Assembly (NCBI GenBank): GCA_965178125.1
Contig: OZ237767.1
Coordinates: forward strand, 310,001-374,000
DNA: 64,000 nucleotides
DNA from: Bilabrum cf. latius
Lineage: Eukaryota
Direction: 5' to 3'
Part shown: one piece after another, positions 21,801-35,700 of the stretch
Numbering within the stretch: position 1 is the first letter of the stretch
Layout: the number at the start of each line of letters is the position of its first letter
The notes under the pieces: generated by a model
The model's input: only the letters and a program-made list of their open reading frames with translations
The model's database searches: none
What the model was told of the DNA's origin: nothing
Translations under genes and position numbers: made by a program

Positions 21801-24800
21801 GACAGACGGTCACAGGCACGCTGGGTCTGTATCCATGCGAGGGCAATCTGACGGCTGGATCGATGGCGTCCTCGCTGCAGTGCATTGCACCTGCCGGCAT
21901 GGTGGGTGGTCCTGCGTCCCTGTTGGTGCACCTGCCCGGGCTGTCCTGGCTGGACACCGCCTCGATCGTGGTGGAGGACAGCGGGTCTGAGCCAGCCGGC
22001 AACGCGTCCCAGCTGCAGCCCGCGTGGGTGGATCTGCCGCCTCCCGTGGTGCAGGCCGTGGAACCTCCCAGCGTGAGCGCTGCCGCGCTGGTCGAGAGCG
22101 AGGTGAGTGGTACTAAGTTTAACCTAACTCTGCGTGGGACTTCACTCGTCACACCTGACATGCGGGTGCAGGTCATGGCGGTGTACATTGGTGCGCAACG
22201 ATGCGACCCGCTGGTGGTGCAGTCTGCCACTGAGCTGCGGTGCTCCGTGCTGCCTCACCTGATGGAGTCGGACGAGGTGCGTGTGGTGTCGCGGTCCTTG
22301 GGTGCGGTGAATGCGGCGGTGGAAGCAGACGGTGCAGCCAGGGCGCAGAGACACGCCCGGGAGTGGAGGCAGCTGTCGCCTGACCCGAGGGAAGGCTTCG
22401 AGGCGGGCGTGTGGGACAGCAACGTGGATCCGCCCCATGTTGTGGAATGGACATCCAACCAGCTGATGGCCCGTGTGAATCCCAGGGTGCTCGGCTCCAA
22501 TCCGTCACTCGTCAGTCCCAGGGGGGGACAGGTCGTGCAGCTGGTGGGGATCCAGTTGGGTGCAGTCGATGGCGGTTTGATCGACCGCATCGATGTGGAT
22601 GGTGCCCCATGTGTAAATATGTCCGTTGAATCTGACTTTTTGGTGTAGTGCACCCTTACTCCAGGCCCAGGGGCAGAGGGAATTGTGTCTGTGCGGACTC
22701 CATGGGGCGACGTGTACTCCAGCTCTGCCGGCGTGGTGCGGTTTCTGGCTCCCGAGATCGAGTCGGTGGTGGTTGACCCTGACACGATCTTCAACGACCT
22801 GGGCTCTTCATATAGAGTGACCGTGCGGGGGCAATACTTCGGGTCTGCTCGGACAGGCGGCAACGGCACCTCCCCGCGGATGGTGATCTCGGGCAAGGAG
22901 TGTCCCGTGGTGCGCGTGCTGAGCGACTCTGAGATGGAGTGCGAGGACATCGGGCCGGAGTGGACGCCCGGCGACTTCAGCGTGCGGGTGCTGCTGTCGG
23001 GGCGAGAAGCAGTTGCCCCGACCGCGTTTCAGTTCCAGCCCCCCGTGCAGGTGCAGGCCGCGTCACCCGAGTCAGCGGATGGCGTGCCTGAGGGGCGGTT
23101 GTCTGGCGATGGCGGGTGGATCGTGATTGAGGGCAACGGGCTGGGCAACAGCGTGGACACGATCGACAGGGTGCAGGTGGGGCCGTACATCTGCACTCAG
23201 CTCGAGATGCTGGCGCCTGCCACTCGGCTCAGGTGCCTGTTGCCTCCGGGGGTGGGCACGGGACACAGGGTGCAGGTGGTGTCGGTGCGGAATGGCGAGA
23301 ACTCGATCGATTCTGCGCCTGCCGTGGACTACGCTGCCCCTGTGATCACCCGAGCCACATTCGCGGGAGGCCCAGACCCGGGCATGGAAGTCGTCGTCCC
23401 TGTTGCAATCACCAACGGGAGCGATGCAGCCGGCACCAGCAACAACAGCAGCAGCAGGATCAGCAGCGGCAGCGGCACGTATCCCCGCGCAGCGGCCTAC
23501 CTGCTAGAGAGCGGCCTGGAGCTGCTGCTGGACGTGACCCACGCGGGTGCATCCCTGACTCAGTGGGACGGTGTGACGAGTGACGGTGCCGGTGCGATAC
23601 GGTTGCACGGGCAGGGGTGGAATGCGTCGTGCGTCAACGCCACCGTGCGCGGCACACGGGCCAGCGAGACATCCCCACAAGATAGTATGATTGCTATGGT
23701 GCAGTGTACGGTGACTGACTGGCAGGAAGCTATAGCTGCTGCATCGGACCAGTCGTCCGAGGATGCGCTTCAGCTTGTTTCCGTTCACTTCAGCGTCGGG
23801 GGCCAGAGCGCCACGGGGCAGCTGGAGGACGAGGTGCAGGAGTCGAGTCTGCTGCAGGCCGAGTCTAGCCCGGGCGGGACGGTGCTGCTGGTGGGTCGGC
23901 CGATGGTGCAGGTGCTGAGCCCTCGTCTGTTTCCGTCCAATGGCAGCGCGGATGCGGTGCTCGCAGGGGCAGCGAGACGGGCCCAGGTGGCGCTTGGGTC
24001 GACCACTACTGCCAAGTTGGAGCTGGACGCTTTGCTGGACTTTGCGGGGTCAAGTGCAGCAGCAGCGTCGAGCGGTCGCGCGTCTGTGGTGCTGGATGCG
24101 GCCGATGTGGGGTAGATCGCCCGCACGCTGGTGGGCGCGCCTTCGTCAGCTGGGCTGCTTCAGATCCGTGGAGAGGGGCTGGGAGTGGCTCCGTGGGCCG
24201 TGGATCGTGTGGAGGTGGGCGGTGTGCCATCTCGGGTGGTGATATGGTTATCTGACACTGAGCTGCTGGCCTACTGCGAGCCTGGTGTGGGCGTGGATGT
24301 GCTGGTGGAGGTGCACACGCTGGGCGGGAGCTCTGAACAGGACCAAGGCGACGATGCACAGCAGCAGACGGGTCGCTTCACGTACTTGTCCACGCAAGCG
24401 ACCGTGAGCTACGAGCGGCCGTTGGTGGAAGAGATCCTGCCGCCGTACAGCCTCACAGGACCAGTGGTGCTAGCTGATTTCACGGTGCGCGGGGTGCACT
24501 TTGGATTCAAGCGATCTGACATTGAACGGGTGTTGGTGGGCGGTAGGCCCTGCAGTGCAGTGCTCCTGGTATCCGGCACGGAGCTCCTGTGCAACGGTGT
24601 AAATGGGACCAGCTGGCCCGGTGGGGCCGTGGTGGAGGTGCAGGTGGCCCAGCAGACGAGTCCCCGCAATCGGTTATTCACCGCGCTTGGGCGGCCCGCA
24701 GTGACGTCAGTGGCTCCGAGTGGGGCCACGGCGGGGGAGCGCCTGGTGATTGCGGGCAGCAGCCTGGGCAGGAAGGACGATGACGTGGCTCGGGTGCTGC

Positions 24801-27800
24801 TGGGGCCATACGATTGCCTGGATGTGAACCTGCTGAGTGAAACCTCGATCGAGTGCACGGTGCCTGACCTGCAGCAGGACCAGATCGATGGGCTGCAGGT
24901 GGTGGTGCAGCAGAGAGGGGGCCTCAGCAGCGACCCGGAGTCTGCCCCTGTGTTCACGTACGGCGTGATCGGGGATCCATGGCCTAACGTGGCCAGCTCA
25001 ATCCAGGGGTGGAGGGTGCGGAACGACCGCTTCGAGGTGCGGTGGGCCTTCCGCGACCCGGGCAGGGTGTCGATCGTGGAGGAGGGACTGGCGGGTCTGA
25101 ATGGATTCGAGATACAGTCCAGGCTGCTGGATGCGAGCGGGGCCAATGTGACGAGTGAGACGACATCTGCAGGGCAAGGCATCGCCTTCGAGGATCAAGA
25201 CGGTGATGAGGCTGCAGCATTTCGGATCGATCTGGCCAACATCGATGTAAGGCCCAGCTCCACCGGTGGATTGGCCGCCATGCGCGCGTCCTTCACGGCC
25301 ATCGATCCCCGCCCCATGGCCCTCCGGATCCGGTCCATCAGCGAGGCGGGCCCTGGCCCTTTCTCCCCGTGGACCCCCGGCGTGCCGTCCACGTGTGCCG
25401 CCGGCGAGTTCCTCACCACGCACCTGTCTCCCCATTAGTGGGGCTGCAGGCCATGCCACCAGGAGGCCACTCAATGCGAGGGCGGGTCTGCCTTCACCCT
25501 GGCTGCAGCTTCGGGGTACCAGCGGGTGCCCTGGGCACGAGGCAGGACGGCTTTCATTAAGTGCCCCCGGCCAGAGTCTTGTCTATCGCTGGCCGACACA
25601 AGCAAGCCACAGGAAGGAGATACCGAGCCGGGCCGCGTTCGGAGACTACATGAAGTGTCAATTGCGATGCAGCTGCGGGGTCGAGAGCTCCAGCTGCAGC
25701 AGTAGCCAGGACATCTGTCCAATTTGTCATCGCTGTTCGCGCAGGAGCCTGCGGTGGAGTCTGTCTCGCTGGTTCGGGCGAGACACGCGCTGCAGTCCAT
25801 GGCAAACATGACCCAAGTTCTCGGTGCTACAGATGTATCCTCCCTCATCTCGGCTGGTGCCCCCTTGTGGGCTGGTGAGACGTGTGCGGAGGGATATGAC
25901 GGGCTCTTGTGCGCCAGGTGCCAGCCAGGGTACAGAGTATGGGGACCATCGGAGTGCCGCAAGTGTCAGGGCGGGATTGTGGTTGTGCTAGTGGCAATCT
26001 TGGTATCGATGGCGGTGCTGTTGCTGGCTATCGGACTGGTGCTGAATGCACTACGGAAAGGGGCGCTGGCTGCAACGCAAGAGAATGAATAGGATGACGA
26101 CCAATCACTGGTAGGCTCCGGCTCGGCGGGAACTCAAGGTGCGCACGGCCTTGCAGTGACACCTGATCCCTCCAGCGCGGAATCTGGCACCCCTCAGCAA
26201 GGAACGTCAGCATGTGGCGAGATCATAGGTAGGCAACGTGACGCGGAGGAATCGAGAGAACGCACCAACCCGCTGAATCTGATGCTCCGTGGAACTCAAT
26301 CGGCCATTGATCGCCCAGTTCGACGGCCCATGCAATAGGAGCCGCACCAGTCGTTGAACTAGATCAGCGATGACAGCTCAGAAGACTCGAACGAGGAACA
26401 GCAATGTATCGCTAGTCCGCGTGCCGTCGCTGGTGTTAGTGCCGCAATAGTGCCTGCAACCAGGCCACTAGCAGCTGCGACCCATGGCAACAGTGCGTCT
26501 CAATTCAAGTCTTCGGAGCAGAAGACTGAAAAGGCCAATCAGACCAAGCACGCTAGGCAGCGAGAGCACGGGCAGCAGGCTGTGGATCAAAACATGGGTA
26601 TGGCCACCATCAAGATCCTATTTTCGCACGTGCAGGTGGTGGCAATCGCAGCTTCGTTCCGACTTCGCTGGCCCGACGACGTGGTCAGCTTGTTCAACAC
26701 CATGGGCTCTATGTCTTCGATTAGCTCGGAAGTGCTTAGCCTAGACTGCATGTTGTAGCAGAGTACGGAGGACCTTTCTAAGACTGACGCATTGCACGGA
26801 CAAACAGCCGCGCTGGATGAGTGGACATCCATCCTGCAGCAGCACCAGCAGCAAACAAATGATAGCGATTAGAATGACATAAACGGCATGATAGGTCCAC
26901 TGTTCGACGCATGGCCGGGAACACAGCTGTAGGATGAAAAATTGCTGGCAGATTTGCTCGCCATGCACGAAGAGAACGTGCTGGGGGTGGACCTGCGACG
27001 GCAGAAAGACGGACTCGCTGCCAGCATGCCGCACGGGTCTACATACTTCCTGCGGACCATTGTGGTGCTGCTGAGTCCTCTGCTGCTTGCGCTTGGTCTG
27101 GCCCTGTTCTGGGTGATAGTGGACGCCATCGACGGGTGCCTGCACGAGCCAGACGGGATCGTCATTGAGGAGCCAGGGGAGGAAGGGGGGCCGGACGATG
27201 CGGGCAATGCGCCATTTGGAAATGGAATCTAGAGCTCAAGGCCCTCTGGGACGAAAGGTGAAACGATTTCCGCGAGCCGAGCGTCCAGGCAAATGATGGC
27301 GCACAACCCACTCACAAGAGTTTCGCGGGCAGGTTCATCGTTCGTTTCAGAGGACAGCTCGTCCGATAGCAAGCACACGGCCTCAGAGCCGAGATTGAAT
27401 CCGCGTTCGAGTGCAACACTCCTGCGGCGATCGGTCTCTGTCTCTACCAGCAGTAGCAGGACGCCCAAAGCTTCTGCCCCACCTTCAAAACCTAGTGTCG
27501 GCACTGAGAATAGCAGAAGCGGCTATGGATCTGGTATCCTGCGACAGCGCACCAGTCGGTTTCGTAGCTTATTAGGTGCATCCAGCGGACCATCAAGCAG
27601 AAGCGTCATGGAGATAGCTGACCAACAAAGAACTCGCGCGTCGCTTGCTTGCAAAGGCGACTCCAGCCCGGGGACCATGGGGCCCTCCCCAGCTACTGAG
27701 CTGCCGCCACCACCAGAGTACTTCTGGCTTGCGTCGAACGAGCGCAAAAACACAGTGTTGGGCTGTCTCGGCGTGCCACTCGCGGCTGTGAAGCTCCCGC

Positions 27801-28738
27801 TGGGGATGCGGATCCTCTCGGGTCTGACTGTGATTGCCTTCCTAGTGCACCTGACCCTGACTGAGGCATCCTTCGGGCTGTTGTCCTGCACCACCCTGGA
27901 GCCAAATGTTGACCTGGCCGAGGGCGACGATTAGATGGGCTCGCTGGCAGTGAGTCCGGCAGGGCATAACGAGTGCCCGGAAGGCAAAGAGAACAGGCGG
28001 CTGGTGCTGGACCTGGATGTGTGCTGCCACAATCCCAGCGCGCTGCAGATCATGTACGGCGTGGGCGTTCCAGCCATCCTGGTGTTTGCAGTGGGCATCC
28101 CGCTGCTGGCTGGCCTGAGGCTGTGGTGGGTCAGCGATAGGCTACGAGCCCCTGATGTGATCGCAACGATGGGTTTCCTGATGGCAGGTTTCAATGACCA
28201 CGCGTACTATTGGGAAGTTGTGATCATGCTGAGGAAGCTAGCCGTGGTGGCCATCACTGTCCTGGTGGAGCCAATGGGCGTGCGCGTTCAGATATACTCT
28301 GCAATTGCAGTGATTTTTGCCGCTGCTGTGCTGCACTCGCTAAATCAGCCGTATGAGGCCACGGCACTCAACACGCTGGAACTAGTTGCGCTGGTGGGTG
28401 CATTTTTGACCTTCGAGGCTGGTCTCTTCCTGCATGACGAGAATTCAACCGATATTGTAAAGACGCTTGCAACATTGGCTGTATTTGCTGCCAATTTAGG
28501 CGTGCTGCTGTGGTGTCTGTGGGTTCTGCGGCACGAGATCCTGGGCAAAGCGTGGGAGGTGTGCTCCTTCGTTGGTTCGCTCGTATTCGACGAAGTGTAG
28601 CCTGGCGGAATGGCAGCTGGCACAGTGCTGGTGTTGTCCGACTGGGAGCAGGAAAAAATCCGAAAAGCGAGGTCCAGTCGGGCTAGAAAGGGAGCTAGCA
28701 GTGGTGGTCAGCAGGAAAGGAAAGGGGAGGAAGTTTGA
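15832..28738 (+). CDS. Giant cell-surface protein: FG-GAP (integrin-alpha propeller) repeats, IPT/TIG domains, Cys-rich segment, multi-pass TM C-terminus (~4,250 aa)
   Basis: Sixteen track ORFs share one frame and are joined only by TAG; ends TGA 28736-28738. DLDGDG..D.AVGA...GAVW repeats; CAEGYDGLLCARC; KILFSHVQV..WP..SLDC; YYWEVVIMLRK; QPY..LN. Probable intron 15852-15957; the start is uncertain. Confidence 0.88.
18146..19440 (+). repeat. Six near-identical 216-bp FG-GAP units in an ABABAB (432-bp) higher-order array
   Basis: Units alternate GQLDDNDFFG and G(A/S)LSNADMFG; antisense ORFs in the track recur at a 432-bp period (18209, 18641, 19073). Confidence 0.95.
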
Positions 28739-29763
28739 GTACTATAAACCTCTAGCGGAACGCAATGCATGTAGGTTCCCGCACAAAAAAAAAAAAAAGC
28801 CCTTGCCTTCTAGACGCCTATCTTACGGAACTGAACGTTGCGCACACTCTTGACAATAAGTATTCAATCATTCCTCAGCGCACAAATTGTAATCCAATGC
28901 AAAGTTCCATTGGGGCTGCATGGGCGAGGAGAGCACGCGGTGCGGTGTTCCGCGGCTCGAGCTCCAATCGGATTCTCGTTACTGGGGTAATCTCATGGGT
29001 TCCGAGCACGCTGGGTGCTCTACATTCATTCATCATTACCCACCTTTTTGTAAATTCAAACGTTGTCACGCATATGGACTCGCACACGGCAACGCAAAGT
29101 CCGTTCGATTGTTCGTAGGCCTCACTTACTGCATGGCACTGTACAGTGACTGCACACCATGCGACCAGCAGCCCCTACATCTGAATGGTCCGTCTGCTAA
29201 ACAGGATCTGTCCTCTGCCCACCTGTACTGGAGCACTGCATGCATGAGGGCCCGCTCTTCTGTGCGAAGCCACGGTCACGGTGGAGCTAGGGCACAAGAA
29301 GCAGAAGGCTGTGGTGAGCAACCGATTGGGGAGGTGATGGAGCTGGAAAACTGATTGGACGATCTGAAAATCGTAGTTGGCATGTGCAACATAATCGGGG
29401 CAGGTAGAGGGGGTAGCCTGGGGACAATGGGGGTGGAAAGAGAGGGAGGGGACCAGAACAAGGCCAAGCCGGGACCGAAGGCTTAGGCAAAGTAGTACAA
29501 CCAGGTAGGTGATGGTTCCGGGAGTAATGCATCATTCTAGGGGAAAACAAAGCTCTTGAGTCAACCTGCCCCCCTCAAAGAGTATAGATGTAGTCCAGTT
29601 GCCTGATCTGGGTTGCGACCAGCAGTTGCGACCGGCAAGCGCCAGTGAACCACAAACAGACCCAGAACAGATCCCACAGCCGTTGTTTCGGTGTCAGGGA
29701 GAGATTTGGCCACGTTTGTCAGGATCAATTTCTTGTTTACGCATCCAAATACTCAATTGAGGG

Positions 29764-32700
29764 ATGGCACACCACGGTGCCGCTTTAGGAGCCCACCGGC
29801 AGGCAGCAAATGCCCAGTTCATCGCGCAGCAGAGAGAGAAGCGCGAACAGCGAGCCGCGCGACTTGCAGCAGATGCAGAGCATCGGCGATAGGTAGAAGG
29901 AATTGCAACTGATGCTAGGCTGCAGCAGCAGCTCGGTGGTCAAGGGGCTCTTGCCACTGCCGCGCATCTTGCGTACCTTCGCCAAATGCAAAGTCAAGCA
30001 GATGGATCTGACCCGGGTGAGACGAAACCCGGCGTAGGAATTGGTGTTCCAGCGGACCTTGAAGATTCTGATCACAGCGACTCAGACTCTGACAGCGCCA
30101 ACGGCTCCGGAGACGATGATGGCGAACAGGCATTCCAACGAGTGTTGAAATCGGACGAGCCGCCACCAGCGAACAACTTCGAGGCCGCGCGGCGAGCGAT
30201 CCGAGACAACATTACACAGAGCTGGTGGTTCGATCCAATGATCTTACTGTGCATCGTTGGGAGCAGCGTTACCCTCGCTATCAGCGACCCGCTGGCAGAC
30301 GAGAACGATCCTGTAGCCGAACGTCTTGCCGTGGCTGACCTCGTGTTCCTGGCAATCTTCTGTCTGGAAATGGTGCTCAAGATGTTTGCACACGGAGTTG
30401 TGGGCGAAATATGCGGAGTGGATCCGTTCCGGCGTGCCGAGCAACAAATCAGTGAATCGGGACGCAATTATGACAAGCCAGGCTCCCATAGCCCCATCTC
30501 GAAAAACAAAGCGAAGTCATCTGATGTGATCGTAAAGGTTAATGATGAAGGCAATCTTGGCCTTCCAGCTGACAAGGTGCAGGACCAAAAGATCGCAGGC
30601 CCGGCCATACTGCCGCGTGGCACCTCAATGGTTGATGGCAGCAGCAACAAGAAATCGGGCGAAACAAGCCTCGAGGGCAGCAAAGAGAGTCAAAAAGATG
30701 CCACTCCGAAGCCCACAGAGAAGGATTACGTGCCATACCCATACTTTGACGTCAGCTGGAACTGGCTTGACTTCATCATCGTGGTGGCGGGCGTGGTCGG
30801 GTTCATTCCCGGAGTGGACGGGGCAGGCGCCAACGCCGTGAGACTGCTGCGCGTGCTTCGTCCCTTGCGCACCTTCAATCGCCTGAGGGGCCTGCAGGTC
30901 ATCATCGGGGCGCTTCTAGGGTCACTGGGCGACCTGCTGCAGGTGGTCATCCTGCTGATCTTCTTCACGGCCATCTTCAGCATCATCGGGCTCCAGCTCT
31001 GGTCCGGCGTGCTTCACCGCACCTGCATTCCCAACGAGGAAGCACCCGACGCGTTCGCGCTGGGAAGGGGCGAGTTCTATCCCAGGGAGGACACGTTCAG
31101 CGTGGCGGGGTTCTGCACCCGATCTCCCGCTGGCCTGCAGTGCCCCGAGGGATACACGTGCGTGGCAGCGGCGGAGAACCCTGGGTACGGCGTGTTTGCA
31201 TTTGACGACATCGGGCAGAGCCTCTTCTCCATCTATGTGTCCCTCACATTTGCGAACTGGACCGGTCTCATGATGCCGCTTCAAGACGCCTATGCCAGGA
31301 TCGCGCCTGGAGTGTATTTCGTGCTTCTGGGGCTGCTGCTGAACTTCTTCGCTTCAAACCTCGTGCTTGCCGTGGTGGTAGACAACTACGGTGAGCACGC
31401 TGAGAAGGCCCGCACCGAGCTGGCGCTTGAGCAGGCCGAGGAGGACGCCGCGGAGGGGATCGAAGACATGGAGGACGAAGACGACGAGCAGCTCATGCAC
31501 GTGTACCGCGAGTACGGTGTGAGGCCTAAGCCTAAGGAGGACTAGGACAAGGACAAGAAAGGAGGTGGGAAAGTCGACGAGGGGGGCAGCAAAGCAACCG
31601 CACCAGAGGCCAAAGCAAGCAGTGCTAGTGCAGGTGCTGATGGGTCCGATCAAGACGAGGAGAAGGATGGGAGTCACGAGGAGCAAGCCGAGCCAGGGAA
31701 GGAGGCACTCGCGGGCGATGCTGGCAGTAGCACACCGGCAGAGTCGGGGGACACAGCGGCTGGCAGTGTCCCCGACCAGTCTGCCACCGGTGATGACGAC
31801 AACTCACCAGCGGCCGATGTCGGCCAGGCGCAGTCATCGGGAGACGGGCAGGAGATCCCCGTGCTGAACCCAGCTGGTGGCGCGGCGGCGGCGGCTGTCT
31901 CGGGTCTCAGTGGCAGCGAAGAAGCGGAAGCTGCAGACTCTGGGCTCACGCAGCTCAGGAGAGCTTCTACTGCTGCAGCCATGACAAGAACTGATGGTGA
32001 CATCAGCAGTCCCCCGGGCGGCAACCACAAGATGAGGTCGTCAGGGGCAATCGAGCCCAAATTCAGGACCTAGGCGGCTGGTGGGGTGCTGCGCCGAGGC
32101 AACACCATGCCGGTGCAGAGCAGCCTCCAAGGTGTCGGTGCATCCCGCACGGCTCCGAAAGGGTCCCCGGCACGCAAACGAACAGCTAAGGGTGGCCAGC
32201 TTGCTAGGCTCGCCAGTGTGGAGGAGGGAAGTCAGAGCAGCGGCTCGGGAGGGGCACCCGGGCGCAAACGGCTGGCAAAGCAGGCGCAAGACGAAGAGTT
32301 TGTTCCAAGGACGGATGAGCAGCTTGAGGCAGAGCTATGTGCCGAGGACAAGCTGAGGGACAGACTCAAAGCTGCGCTGAGGCATGTGCGGGAGGCTGAC
32401 GTGGTGGTTCGGCGCCAGACTGAGTACCTGGTCGGCATGCCCATGCCCGTGGTGTGGACGTACCACATGGTGCAGAGCGGCTGGTTCACCGCCTTCATCA
32501 CGCTGTGCATCATCGCCAACACGGCCTTCCTCGCCCTGGACCGCAAGGGCATCAGCGAGCAGGAGATCGATGTATCGGAGATGGGCAACTATGTGCTCAC
32601 CATCGTGTTCGCCGTGGAGATGGTCCTGAAGCTCGTCGGACTGGGCTTCTGGGAGTACATGCGGGATGCCTTCAACGTGTTCGATTGCGTGATCGTGATC

Positions 32701-35700
32701 ATCTCGATCGTGGAGCTCATCGTGCTCGAGACAGGTGCGGGGGGAGAGAGTGCGGCAGGTGGTGCCATCTCTGCCCTGCGCATGCTTCGGCTGCTCCGTG
32801 TGCTGAAGCTGGCCAAGAACATCCGGTCACTGAGGATCCTCCTCATCACAATCCTGCAGTCGCTGCCCGACGTGTCCTACATGGCCATCCTGCTCGGGTT
32901 GTTCCTCTTCATCTTCACTGTGCTGGGCAGGCAGCTCTTCGCGGGCCGCTTCGAGACGGTCGAGGAGGACTCGTCGTTTGCCATGACTTCGTTCAGCCAG
33001 GCCTTCTTCGTTGTGTTCTAGACGGCCACTGGGGACGACTGGCCTACGATTGCGATGGAGTCCACTGCCGCCTCTGGTACCCAGGCCTCCTTGCTGTACT
33101 TTTCTCTGCTGCAGGCGATGGGGGAGTACATCGTGCTGGCGCTGTTCGTGGCTATTCTGCTGGAGCGATTCGAGGAACAGACAGACGACTCTTTGGACGC
33201 AGAGGACTTCAAGGAGGCGGCCGTGAGGGTGAGGATCGACGAGCTGCAGGAAGGGGGCAGGACACTGGCCGACAAACACGAGCTGCAGCCACCATACAAG
33301 GCTGTAGACGTGGTGGCTCGCGTGATGATGGAGCGGGAGATGGCAGAGGAGAAGGAGACCGACATTCGGCGGGAGAGATACTTCAAGTAGACCAGCAACA
33401 AAGGGATCGAGATGGATGGCTTTTCCCTCGGTTGTCTGGCACCTGACAACTGCTTCCGCAAGTGGCTGTTTGACGTGGTGGATCACGACTGGTTTGAGGC
33501 GGCAGTGATCCTCCTCATCTTTGCGAACTGCGTGTTCCTTGCGATGGAGACGCCTGGTCTGGACCAGGAGTCAACACTGGCGCAGGTGCTCGAGGTGACA
33601 GACATCGTGTTCACCATACTGTTCGCGGTGGAAGCAGCCATGAAGATCCTAGCGTGGGGCGCGGCCGTGTACTTCGGCAACAACTGGAACAACCTGGATT
33701 TCGTGATTGTGCTCGTGTCCATCCTGGCACTGGCATTGCCCGACTTCACCGCGGTGCGGGCGCTGAGGGCGTTTAGGCCACTCCGCGTTGTGGTTCGGTC
33801 CAAGAGCATCAAGGTGGTGGTGCAGGCACTGTTTTACGCTCTTCCCAACATCGCCAATGTGGCCATGCTCACTCTCCTGTTCTACTTGATCTTCGCCATC
33901 CTGGGCGTCAGTCTCTACAAGAACCAGTTCGGGGCTTGTAACGACCCGCAGATCGACGTGGAGGTGAACTGTGTGGGAAACTTCACCGCCACGGAAGAGG
34001 GCAGTAACGGCACCGAGGTGCTGGACCGCGAGTGGGAGACTCCGCAGGCCAATTTTGATGACGTGGGCACGGCCATGGTGACCCTCTTTCAGGTCGCGAC
34101 TCTGTCCGACTGGGCCTCTGTGGCTCACAGCGCGATCGATGCCAAGGGAGAGGGTCTGGCACCTGGCAAGCAGGAGAACCCGGAGCAGATCGTGTACTTT
34201 TTGGCGTTCATCATCATTGGGTCGTTCTTCTCTCTGAACCTTTTCGTGAGTACCGCGATTCGCAGTGACTTTGCACTCGCCTGATCGATGCCGCAATGGT
34301 TAAACTCAAGGCTCCCACACCCTGTGTTCTTTCGCTCTATATTTGTCAATACCCCCATACCCATGCCCATGTCTGCCTATCTACATTGTTCGCAGGTCGG
34401 TTCGGTGATCGATTCGTTCTCGAGGCTCAAGGCATCCTTCGACGGGTCTGCCTTCCTGACCGCAGAGCAAAGGCGCTGGGCCGCTGGTCAGAAGCTCATC
34501 GCACAGATCGAGCTGACGGCCTCTCCGGACCCTCCTTCCAACCAGGTACTCAAGTTCTGCTTCGACGTTGCCTCGCATCCGTAGTTTGACCCGGCAATCA
34601 TGGCAGCCATCATCCTCAACACAGTGTTCATGATGGTGGAACACTACCAGCAGACCGATGCAGTGACCGAGTTCCTGTACATCAGCAACCTCGTTTTCCT
34701 CGTGGTGTTTGCGCTCGAGGCGGTGCTGAAGATTGGAGGCTTCGGCTGGCTTCTGTACTGGCGGGATGACTGGAACAAGTTCGATTTCATCGTGGTGCTG
34801 CTGTCGCTGGCTGGCCTCGGATTCGACGCCGGTGTGGGTGCCAGCGTGGTGCGCGTGTTCCGAGTACTGCGCATCTTCCGGCTGATCAAGCGAGCCGAGA
34901 CGCTCAAGAAGCTCATCCAGACCCTGATTTATTCGCTGCCGAGTCTCTTCAACATCAGTGCGCTGCTTCTTGTCATGTTCTACATCTACGCCGTGGTGGG
35001 CATGGCTCTCTTCGGGGAGGCAGAGCTGGAGCCGGTGGACGACTTCGGTCTGACGAGACAGTCCAACTTCAGCGACTTCTTCTCGGCCATGCTGCTGCTG
35101 TGGAGGCAGGCCACGGGGGACGCCTGGGAGGCACAGTATTGGACGGCACGTAGAGTATCGGTGGGTGGGGCCATCGCCTACTTCGTGTCGTTCCAGATCG
35201 TAATGTCCCTCGTGCTCGTGCAGGTGATGCTGGCCGTCATCCTAGACACGTATTCCGAGACACAGGGCACGGAGGCTGAGGAGCAGGCGGGTGAGATTGC
35301 CAAGATCCGCCAGTGGGCCGAGGTGTGGCAGGCGTACGACAAGCTGGCGCTCAGGTACCTCCCCGTGGGCGTGTTCAGCCGTGTCATGATCGACGCGCCT
35401 GCTCCATTCGGGCTGGACAACAAGACAGAGTTCACCAGGGGAGCCATGCTGAGGCGGTATAGCAGACTGCGCGTGCCGCTGTACAAGCGGCCCGTGTCGG
35501 AGTTCCTGAGCGTGGATTCTAGCGCTGCTGCGCGGGAGGAGGCCGAGGCGTTGAAGAAGGACATTCGACAGAGGGAGGCCATGCACAGGACCAGCAGCAG
35601 GCGGTCGCTATCCGCAGGCATGACCATGAGCCCGATCGACCCAGGAAGTGGACGGCAGGGGTCAGCAGGAAGCATGGGCAGCAGTGGACCTGTGCAGATG

